Assembly: GCA_000934665.2 (NCBI GenBank)
Contig: JYFJ02002703.1
Span: 1 to 52,300, forward strand
Length of the DNA stretch: 52,300 bases
DNA from: Catajapyx aquilonaris
Lineage: Eukaryota
Direction of reading: 5' to 3'
Shown: positions 25,125-35,600 of the stretch, piece after piece
Position numbering within the stretch: the stretch's first letter is position 1
Layout of the letters: every line of letters starts with the position of its first letter
Notes under the pieces: generated by a model
Databases searched by the model: none
Seen by the model: the letters and a program-made list of their open reading frames with translations, nothing else
Told to the model about the DNA's origin: nothing
Made by a program: the position numbers and the translations under genes

Positions 25125-25452
25125 TTTTTTGTTTTGTTTACCCCATTAGCGGGAACGAAGCCCTTTTAGGGGGGTGGATTACCACCATCAGGACTGATTT
25201 TCTGTTTTTCTTCAATCACCGTGCAAGGACATTTAGGATGTAGGGTAAGGATGGGGGTAATTGGGAGGGGACACAGGTGCAAGTGCAATGTCTGAAAAGG
25301 GTCATGTGCAGTCCCCCAGGAGGCCGGTTGCCAAGACGCGGGCCAGAGACCCACTGACGCAGGCGAAAGGTAACTCCCTGGCGGGGATTAGAACCCGGGA
25401 CCTTTCGCACAGCAAGCCGAGACGTTACCATCTCGGCCACCACACCTTCCCC
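25125..25452 (-). mobile_element. Full-length tRNA-derived SINE with 12-bp TSD
   Basis: Minus strand: A box TGGCCGAGATGG, B box GGTTCTAATCC, A-rich tail. Flanked by the direct repeat AACTACTTGTAA at 25113-25124 and 25453-25464. Confidence 0.88.
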
Positions 25453-25464
25453 AACTACTTGTAA

Positions 25465-25665
25465 ATATTTATTTATTTATTTATTTTTGCTACCCCGTGC
25501 TAGAGCCATTGGCTCTCTCATTAGTGGGGTGGGACACCACCATAATTATTTTCTGTATTATTTTCCATTTTTCTTTTCGCAGGGGGAATCAAGGACGTTG
25601 GGTAAGAATATGGATTCTTGGGAAGGGGACACGGGTGCAAGTGCGCTGTCATTATGTGCGGGTCG
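25465..25665 (-). mobile_element. Older 5'-truncated relative of the adjacent SINE
   Basis: GGGACACGGGTGCAAGTGC matches GGGACACAGGTGCAAGTGC in the full copy; (TAAA)n tail on the minus strand. Confidence 0.6.
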
Positions 25666-25775
25666 CATTTTGTCGGTGTTATATACCATATATGACTTAT
25701 TACTGGGGAAATTGGTTATTTTTAGTAGATTTACGTATTAGTATAGTTTTGTGTAAACAGCGCAGCTTTATTACA

Positions 25776-25917
25776 TGAAACCACCCATAACTCATTTTCG
25801 GCCAAAAGTTGACTTACTCTTTTCCCCCTCCCTGCTCCTACCCCCACCTCCTCCTACCCCCAGACCATGCCTTTCCCCTTTAAAAAATCTGTCCTACAGC
25901 AAACCCATCTTTTAGAC
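25776..25917. repeat. Second copy of the 7241-7729 repeat family, interrupted by a hAT end
   Basis: TGAAACCACCCATAACTCATTTTCGGCCAAAAG...CCCATCTTTTAGAC, then CAGCGGTTCTCAACCTTTT (hAT left end) at 25918. Confidence 0.75.
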
Positions 25918-25977
25918 CAGCGGTTCTCAACCTTTTCTCAGATTGTACCCATTGGCCATGGATAAAGTCTAACTATA

Positions 25978-26401
25978 CAGGGTGTATCTGAACTCAGTGC
26001 CCCGACGTATATGACTGCCTTCCTAGCCACCAGAGGATCAATTTAAGTATAGGAGTCATATGTCTGGGCAGCCTCATTACTGAGATACACTCTTTAGCGA
26101 TTTTTGCCTAATCGCTCCTTCTGACTTTTAAATAGAATTTTCTGGTGTAACTAGCCAAAGAGGCCTTACCACCTGTGGGCAACAAACCAACAAAGTCCCG
26201 CCCCCAGACCTTCCAGAGCCTTCTGACTGGGGGAGGGTTCGATGGGTGGCCTAACCGACAGGATATTTTGTACTACATGTTTGCGGCCAATTATCTCCGT
26301 AATGCGGCGGCCAAACATAATGACTCCTATACTTAAATCGATCCTCTGGTGGCTAGGAAGGCAGTCATATACGTCGGGGCACTGAGTTCAGATACACCCT
26401 G
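25978..26401. mobile_element. Tc1/mariner-type MITE (young, >80-bp near-perfect TIRs)
   Basis: TA|CAGGGTGTATCTGAACTCAGTGCCCCGACG ... CGTCGGGGCACTGAGTTCAGATACACCCTG|TA. Confidence 0.9.
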
Positions 26402-26608
26402 TATACCCCCACGATAACATGTTCAAAAATAGTATGTTTTAACATTTTGTGACGACCTGGTGATTTTTTTTAGTCGGGCAGTTTTAATAAGTTATATTTA
26501 AAGAATCCCAAGTTTTTGCCTAAACAATATCGCTTATTGAAAATCGATATGATCAGTTGAAAATATAAAATGAAAATTACAATATTTTATTGTTATTTTC
26601 ATTTTATA

Positions 26609-26766
26609 TTAGCTTACGATGGACTATGAATTTTAGACTTTTTCGAGAGAAAGTCTTATAGAACGGCTCTGTCTGTCTGTGGACAGGTATCAGACAGAGA
26701 GACAGAGCCGTTCTATAAGACTTTTTTTCTCGAAAAAGTCTAAAATCCAAGTCCATCGTAAGCTAA
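26609..26766. mobile_element. Palindromic MITE sharing the (GTCT)n core with the 7241 repeat
   Basis: TTAGCTTACGATGGACT..TTTTAGACTTTTTCGAG..AGAACGGCTCTGTC / GACAGAGCCGTTCT..CTCGAAAAAGTCTAAAA..AGTCCATCGTAAGCTAA. Confidence 0.75.
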
Positions 26767-27530
26767 CCTTCAATTCAGTCATGCTTCAATTGACTTACCC
26801 TTCTTCAACAACCAGATAGCCTCTGAGATAGCCGATGCAGACCGAAACCGGTGTCATCAGACCTACTAAAAAAATTTTGACACCAGTCGCGCAGTGAGAG
26901 GAAATATGTAGCTACAGTATTTTCAAACCCTAATATGATAAGCTTATTATGTTCCCTGATAATTGTCAAAACCGCACATGCTTTGGCATACGAAATCTCT
27001 GGTCCTTACTGTAGGGCCTACTGTAGTGTGACAGCCTTTATTTTATATGCAGATCTGGGAGGTATTCCCTAATGAAAGAGCTTCTCCATAGCCATAGTTG
27101 CTTTGGCTTCTTCCTAATAAACCAAACCAAACCTAATGCTCACTAGCACACAAGTTCGAGACAATAAAAGGTATCATATGGACATTTTTGTACGCTTAAT
27201 ATCGAGACTGACCCAAAGTTAGAAGTCGTTCGGGCAATCCATGATGTCTGGTAGTCTTGCAATATTTCCGAGTAGACCTCACACATAAATATAAAACTAG
27301 GAACACACAATCATGTACTTGTTATAATTTATTATACAATCCATGTTGTCCGATGTTGTCTGTTCAGTTTTTATCCAACTTCCCGACGAGAAAGTGGGCC
27401 ATCTCGAATTTGATATCAAAATATGTCAGAATATTGACAAGTACGACACAGTGCTCGAGAAATTGAGACGTATGGGCTTGCTTATATTTGCTGGAAAATC
27501 ACAAGTATCCGAAATAAAACTACTGATGAG

Positions 27531-27713
27531 TAGAGTCGGGATTTTTAGGCACGAAAAAACCCCGAAATAGGCACACAATTTTTACTTTTTTGGGCATATG
27601 GAGGGTAATGTTAGAGAAAATAAAAAGCTATAATAATTTTATGAAACGGATAGAGCTCTTCACAAAACCATTGCAACTGTTAAGGAACCATTTGCCTAAA
27701 AATCCGGACTCTA
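27531..27713. mobile_element. hAT MITE immediately upstream of RidA
   Basis: TAGAGTCGGGATTTTTAGGCA ... TGCCTAAAAATCCGGACTCTA; 8-bp TSD CTGATGAG/CTGGTGAG (7/8). Confidence 0.8.
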
Positions 27714-27925
27714 CTGGTGAGCAAGTTGATTCTAACGAGGCCTGTGCTGCAATCTACTGAGTTTATCCTTGAACTAGAAGGACCGATAGCGGCAGGCGGC
27801 AGCCTTGACTTCCCTCAAGGTCTCCTGCCTTCATAACCATAAAGAGGCTGGGAGTGGATTTCCTCGTCCCATTACAACACGGACTTGGCACGAGAGTGAG
27901 TGCATCGTCCATCTACTTCACAACC

Positions 27926-28905
27926 ATGTCTCAGATCATCAGGAAAATTATCACCTCTCCCAACTTGCCAAAACCACTGGCGCCTTACAGGTATGTTGGA
28001 CGTAGCACAAGTTACCGGATGCAACTAAATTCAATTGTTGAAGTGAACATTTAATGGATACCATACGTGTAGTCAGGACGTTGATATTTTTGCAGTTTAT
28101 ATTTACTATTAAAGTTTGAGTCATTATACGATGTGGGAAGATTGTCTTGCATAATTATTGTGGTAATGTACTGTACAGTACCTTGACAGTACATATTTTA
28201 TTATTCCTTACAGCCCAGCTGTTTTGGTGGACAACACGCTGTATTGCTCTGGTCAAGTGGGGCTCGATGCCAAGACTATGAAGCTGGTAGAAGGAGGTGT
28301 TGAAGCACAGACTCGTAAGGCTATGGAAAACCTGGGGCACCTTCTTACTGCAGCTGGGACCACATATGACAATGGTACTACAGTAGTATAGTCCTTATTT
28401 CATCCGAATGTCACTTATTATCATGTCAGATTAGCGTTCCGGACATATGTGACTTTCTGGTGACCTATCCGTCTTATCGGCAATATAGGTTTATCCTATG
28501 GTAAAATGATTAGGAATTATTTGGGGAGTTACTACTCAACAGCTGCCTGATATGATGCATTGATATACCGTACTAATTGGTTCGTTCCAGTGGTCAAGGC
28601 TACTATTTTGTTGGCTGATATAAAGGACTTCGCGACTGTGAATGACATTTACAAGAATTGTAAGTGACCTGGGTTTTTATAATTTTGGAGCTAGTTAATC
28701 ACGTGACAGTTTGTTTGCAGACTTTAAGGAGATCTTGCCTGCCAGAACTGCTTACCAGGCAGCAGCACTGCCCGTGGTATGATATTTTTATTATGAAACT
28801 TTTGGGCTGTATGTAGTTAATAACATGTTTAAAATTTCACAGGGTGCATTAGTGGAAATTGAGGCAATTGCTGTGGTTGGAGTCGTAAAGACTACTAAAC
28901 TGTAA
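27926..28905 (+). CDS. RIDA: RidA/YjgF/UK114 2-iminobutanoate/2-iminopropanoate deaminase, 137 aa, 5 exons
   Basis: Exons 27926-27990, 28214-28374, 28591-28659, 28721-28776, 28843-28905 splice to MSQIIRKIITSPNLPKPLAPYSPAVLVDNTLYCSGQVGLD...[62 protein letters not shown]. Catalytic PAR arginine and EIEA motif present. AATAAA at 28971. Confidence 0.95.
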
Positions 28906-29643
28906 CATGGGCCAAAGAAACGATGTGAGCAGATCTTTGCTATATCACCATCATTGCAAGGATGTGGTAAAATAAATGTTAACAATGATCTTGCATTTCT
29001 TTTCAAAACGCTCCTGCACCTTCAGGTACTTAAATTTTAATTTCATCAACACAGTACGTCACAGAGTTCAAGAAAAGGAAAACACTGGATCAGTTGGCCA
29101 ACTTTTTTTTTATATGGTACAAAACTTTTAGCTTTATGTACAAATTTTTTTGCATTGTTAGGAAATATGTTTACAAACCTTTAGTCGCCTTTAGTACAAT
29201 ACATTTGCAATTATATCATGAATGTGAGTTGAATGAGAAAGACATTTTTTGGGGGGGAGGAACCGTTATTATGAGTGGAGACTAAAAAGTACTGCTTGTG
29301 GCCAGTGTGTGATACCTGCGAGGCAATACTTATTGACATCATTGTTGGTCGTTATGGCACTAGACAGTTAGTTTCTTTCATATAGGAACATATACGACAA
29401 GACAGTATCAACCAGCGGCAGTGAGTGGTTTTTTTTCGAGGACTGTACTGTACATAAGGCAAGATAGATAGAAATGAGCAGATATGGCAGTGATAATTGC
29501 AGACGCGACTTAGCACCAAACCCCCAAAACTTCACATTTACCTCAATTGGCGAATTGGAGACTCTTCTTAAATTACGTCAGTTCTTATTAGAGTAACTAC
29601 CTGCCTGAATGCATTTTTGGGGAAGGTATTTTTTTCGCCAATT

Positions 29644-32600
29644 TTACTTGCTAGGTCCCTTTTTGGTACCTCCGCTTGAAGCCACCGACTGAAAGAATTG
29701 GCCTCCAGGATAATTACAGAATTCGCAGAAGCCAGGAGGACCTTGCGGGCCGGGAGCACCTCGTAGACCTGGCATCCCTAGGAGAAAGAACAAACGAACG
29801 TAACACACCCAATTTACTATGCCCATAGATCTGTCAATATTATCCGATGAAAGGTTGATCATGTCAGATTTGACTCAATATTCTCTACAACACTGACCTG
29901 ATCTTCCAGGTTCTCCTCTTTCTCCAGCTCTGCCTGGAATGCCGATTCCTGGTGGCCCAGGTGGACCTGAAATGCGGAAATCCGTGTCACATGTTAATAT
30001 TATGTTAAAAATCCGATTTATACCTGGTAATCCTCTTGGTCCTACAGGTCCTTCGGTTCCTACACCCTCCGGGCCACGATCGCCCGGATCTCCTCTGTCT
30101 CCTTTAGAACCAAGGGCTCCTGGAGGTCCTGGGATACCTGGCATTCCCATGAAGCCTCGTTCTCCAGGTAAACCAGGGGGACCTGGATCACCTACATAAT
30201 GCAAAATTTATGAGAAAAGTGCCGAATGATATGTATCAGCACAGTACCTACAGCAGAAAGCGTGTCAAGCCCAGTTATCGTCTATATATGTTGTTATTTC
30301 AAAATTGTGAAATTATAATTTGACAATTACATTTGCTAATTTGATTTAGGTGTGGTATAGTTGGAAAACTACTCAAGAAAACAATACGTACTACTCATTT
30401 ATCTGCAGATAGAATGGGTTGACATAGCGTATACAGGTCGAAGTGGGTGTAAATGGCAAGGCAGGCTATGATCTACAGTGACTAACTGCCAATTAATAGA
30501 GGTATACTAAATAAAAGCACATGCGAATTTATGAAGAGGCTATAATAAATTTAAGGCTAGAATGTGCGTAGAAACAAAATTCGCTAGTTATGAATATAAC
30601 CTCTTGACTATGAGAGTGTAGCATATATCGCGCCAAAGGCCACTTTGATATGCAAAAGTTGACCAAAAGGCTAGATTTACTCTACATTATTGTGATTTCT
30701 CACACGAAAAGAGGCCAGTTCATTACACCCGCTTCTTGGACCAAACCTTTTGCTGGTACTGTGCATGTGGTCAAAGGCAACTTGAAACGTTCAAAGTGCA
30801 AATATTCACAAGTATCACACAAGCGATAAGTAATGCAATTATTAGTCATGCACATTCATGGTTTGAAGTTAATGCTGCAAAGGGTCTAGAGATTAATCAC
30901 ATGCAGAAAATAGGCATTGGGAATGGATTCCAAATTGTTGAAGGAGTAACAACTCTATTCTGCAATAGTGTGGTGGCTGAGGTAAGGCTACTGTGCAGGG
31001 ACAAAAGAAAATGAATTATTGGGAGAAGGCAACGAAGAAGAATGGCAACGTCACAAGTCTTCGATGCTAAACCCAAAGAGGCGAAACCGATTTTTATAAC
31101 GTAATAATTTCCCTTTCAACGTAGTGCTCTACCAATCTACAACACTGTGATGCTGTCGATTCTCTGAGTATTCTCTTCGGTGACGCAGGGTGAGTGTCAA
31201 AGTACATATACAGTATAGCAACGGAAAGAGGCCTCAGCCACGTTGGTATGAACCATTGTGGGAAGCAGAAAAAGTGAGGGAGAGAACATAACGTGAAATA
31301 AGAAATAGATGGAGACAAGAAGAGGAACAGACTATAGTTACGGATTGGCTACCTGGAATCCCAGGTGAGCCTGGGGATCCTGGACGACCTGGGCGGCCAA
31401 TTCCAGGCATACCCTGCGGACCTCTTAGTCCCCCCGTCAACTCCTCCATCCGTTCTGTGTGTGACCAAAAGCAATCATACAACAACTTTGTAAAACTCGT
31501 TCCTGCCTGCCTCAGCCCTTCCCAAAAATTAACAATACCGCGTGTGTCGTGTCTTTTCGTCATTTCAGTGTGTAATAGGAATAGGATGAGCACAGGCTTG
31601 GGGGACTGAAGATGCATGCCTATCTGCATTTGCCTTGGTCACGACTCACGAACATTATGCTTGAATACTGGGTCGAATAATTCCATGGTATAAGCGAGCT
31701 GTTCTAGATCATGGCAAGTGCAGATAAATATAATTATTCACGAACAAGGAGAAAGTGAAGAGTAGGGTGAATATCTCAAGCAGATAATGGGGATTGACTT
31801 GTGTATGATGGTCGGTAAGCTATGTTCAAGCAATGCTTCTTTACACAAGCTGGCCAAGGGAAAGTAATATCACACAAGGGACAGTCATTGAATTTGGGGG
31901 CAAAATCTGATCCTTCCTGCTGTGGGTTTGCCGAGACCGGACCTAAGTTGTGCCGAAACAGAACCAATCCAGTCAACAGGAAAGACAAGACGATGCCCAC
32001 GAAAGCTGTTAGTCAGGAAAAAAATTGGATCTGGCTTTGTCCATGCAGACCTGGAAGGCCCTGAGAGCCTGGAGGTCCAGGCCGACCCAATTTGCCTCTC
32101 CCTGGAGGACCTGGTGGCCCCATGAGTTTGGAGGTCAAATCTGCCAGTTGATCTGTGGATACAAAAATCTGCTCTCTGGAACTGTCGCCTCTACATCTCA
32201 TCGGTTTTTTTAAAACATTTACACATACTAGGCTACTATGTCATATGTTAGCGTGTGAGAGACACGGGCGGTCTGAAATGTTTGTGTTAGTTATGGTAAT
32301 GAGTGCAAATTGTGGATGATCTAAATACGCATATTTCAGGAACTAATGACACTCCTTTACAGCGATGTCCCTGAAAATAAATGATAGGAAAGCATGGCAA
32401 AAGAATGGGCTACTTAAGTTTGATAAAGATGACGTTGCAACAATTACAAAAAGCATACTAATCTGTCTTAGGCGGAAATTATTTTTCGCCTGATGTGCCC
32501 AAGGGCTGGAAACTACAGCAGAACATACTGATATGAAGCAATTGCCTGAAGGCTATTTACAGTGACATATTACCACCCACAATGTTCTTGAGTTTTACTA

Positions 32601-35600
32601 TAGTCTACTTTTACATGGTGTTTCATATAATTATTCATAACAACCTTTAGAGTGAAATATAGGCACAAGAGGATCACTTAATGCGACTTAATGTGCCTGA
32701 GCCATTTGGTCTCTGCACTCTCGGTACAGAGACACTGTAATAAATTAATCAAAGAGTGCAGTATACCACCTCCTTTGCGACGAACGCAGGGTGTGACACT
32801 TTCATCAATTCGAAGACTGCCTGCTACACCTAATGTGATAGCCGTTTACATTTTTTATTGCATCGAAGCACTTGGATTTTAAATACAGGTCGTCCCCTCC
32901 CCGGTTTACGAACGACCCGACTTACTGCGATCCGTACTTACGAACGGGCTCCCAAGTATCAGCATAAGAATAATTTATAGTTATACGCTTATACCTCCAC
33001 TTTCAGTCACTTGTGCGTATACGTTGACCGACACCAAGTTCAACATAAATACTGGAAAATTAATAAATAATTTGGAAATTACGTACTTCCGCGCATGTAT
33101 TACACAAACACACATGACGTAAGCGGTTCGTTGGGTTCGTTGGAGTAGCATCTGTACGCAATGCATATGATTTGTTCCTTAGGGATCTGAGTTACGTACA
33201 AATCTGACTTTATGGGCATTTTCAGGAACATAACCCCGTTCGTAGACCGGGGACTGCCTGTAATAAAAAGGCAAGGCCGCACGGAGGGACACATACCTGT
33301 CAAGATATTGTGTACTACTAGTGTTTGAAAATCTTGTTTCAGTAACGGGGCTTCGGAGAATACATATGGTAACATTCCTATACAGAGAGTGAGCCGGAGT
33401 GAGCCTTTGATTCGCTGGAGTTATTCTAGAAGTTCGTCTAACACCTTTTACATTGGTATGTATACAGTACCTGAATAATACTGAGAGATGGGCACTCAAA
33501 AACGGTTATAACAATCACCCGTGTAAAGCACATTCGTAATTTATATCCTGCTAATCTAAGTAATTTTGATTCTATAAATGGCAACAAATTGTGAAACGAA
33601 CTGTGCCATCTGACCCATATTGCAGACAGCCAAAAGCAACTAAATATAATTTTGCATTCTTTTAAGCTAATATACTCAGCTTCTCATTAATCTGCGATGT
33701 TTTCTTTGCGTTTCAAACTATTATAATGTCTATAGTACAATCCAGGAAAATATACCATGTGGAACGTTATTTTTCAAACGGATATTACTTATATCTTAAA
33801 GTTTAAAAATGTGATGTTATAAGATGAATCATCTGCAAAGTATAGCTTTGAAAAGAAGCAAACACCATACCTCTAAGAACAGCTGCACATATGTCCCTCA
33901 GTTCAGCTTCGCTAAAACTTCTTCCCTGAAAACCAGAACGTCCATATGAAACAACCCCATAACTTCTGCCAAAATCTAATCATCAGATGTGTATGCCACA
34001 ATAGTATTCACAGAAAAAAGAACTTACAGCTGGCCCTGGTAATCCAGGCATTCCTGCTTGCCCCCTTTGCCCAGGTCCTCCTGTTTGTCCCGGAGGCCCC
34101 GGATTTCCTGGCATTCCAGGATTTCCTGAACCACCTTCTGGCCCCCTCTCTCCAGCTGCCCCTCTTTCACCAGGCTAAATAATGGGAAATGTGAAAAAGG
34201 CAAGTGACTAGAATATACGCACATTACCAATCCAGGAGGTCCAGTCAATCCTCTCGGACCAGTAGCTCCAGGAATCCCAACTTCGTCTCCAGTAATAGTC
34301 TGTGGGATGATTGAAGATTCTCCTGGTGGTCCTGGTGGTCCAGGAGGGCCTGGAGCTCCTGGATTTCCCACGAACCCCGGAAGTCCTGTAGGGCCAATAG
34401 GACCAATAGGACCTATTTGACCCTGAGACAACGTGTACCTTATTACTCTGATCACTTGATGTTCATATGTGCTCACATACCACAGGTCCCGGAAGGCCTC
34501 GTGGTCCTGCAGGCCCTAAGGAGCCAATTTCCCCTTTATCACCCTTGGATCCTGATTTCCCCTGGTTTCCAGGAATACCCGGATGTCCCTGATTCCCAGG
34601 AGGTCCTTCTGATCCCTTCTGTCCTGCTTCTCCACGTTCTCCCTTGAATCCCCTTTCTCCATCGGCACCTGTGACACCTTCGCGTCCTGGAAGTCCGAGA
34701 GGACCGGAGAGTCCAGGCGGGCCAGCCGGACCTATGTCACCCTTTTCGCCGCGTTTTCCATCATCCCCAGCCGGCCCTGGAGGACCAGGTGGTCCAGGTG
34801 GACCTGGATCACCAGCTGCAGCAGCAGCCCCAGCAAGGCCTGGTTCTCCATCACGGCCAGCTTCACCCTTGGGACCAGGTGGTCCAGGGACTCCTGCTGG
34901 TCCCAATGCACCCTGCAACAATTACCCTCCACTTCATTTCCAAATGTTAAAATAGCATTTCGTTCTTCTTTTGTTCCTGGGATATTATTTTGTCCCCAGT
35001 CTTGGCCATCTTTCATTTGTGGGGGTGGGAGGGGGGGGGGACATTGTTACTGCATCTCTGCATCTCATTAAACTTGATGCTCTTGATGTTACGCCCGTAT
35101 CATACTGTCTTGCCGCCTTCACCCTGACAGGGCGGCAAACCTTCATATCCAGCGAATTTGCCTGAGGCAAAAGTCGCCTTTCAACACTATTACAAGGTTT
35201 CCAAACTGGTCCGAGAGATAAGCTGCCGCTAACTGTCATGTAAACTGACGGATTAGCGTTTAGATATATGTAATACTAACTACCTCCACCAGCACGTGAC
35301 CATGACTTCATTATCATTCTGGCTTGGGAATATTGTAGACGGGGATCCGGAAATCAATGTGCACGGGGCCTGCCAATTATTGAGGATATAACCTTTTTTA
35401 TATAAAACAAAACATAGATATAAAATGAAATATTTCAAAAGAAAATAGTAGTTTACCTTTAGCTGTATTCGCTTTTATGAAGCATCACGTTGTAAGGGGA
35501 GTTGACGGGAAGTAGAAACATATCTATTTTTTATGCAATCGGTAGTGCAGATTTTACTGGAAATATCCACTAGCGTGAAAATCTTCGAGAGAGTGTAGGC

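Noticed and set aside
25375..25450. Possible tRNA gene
   Set aside because: It is the head of a SINE with body, A-rich tail and TSD.
32767..32820. Possible third alternative exon near NC2
   Set aside because: No similarity to the two 102-nt exons and no Gly-X-Y register.
34644..34955. Gly/Pro-rich plus-strand ORFs (also 29939-30199)
   Set aside because: Antisense shadows of minus-strand collagen exons; the splice signals support only the minus strand.
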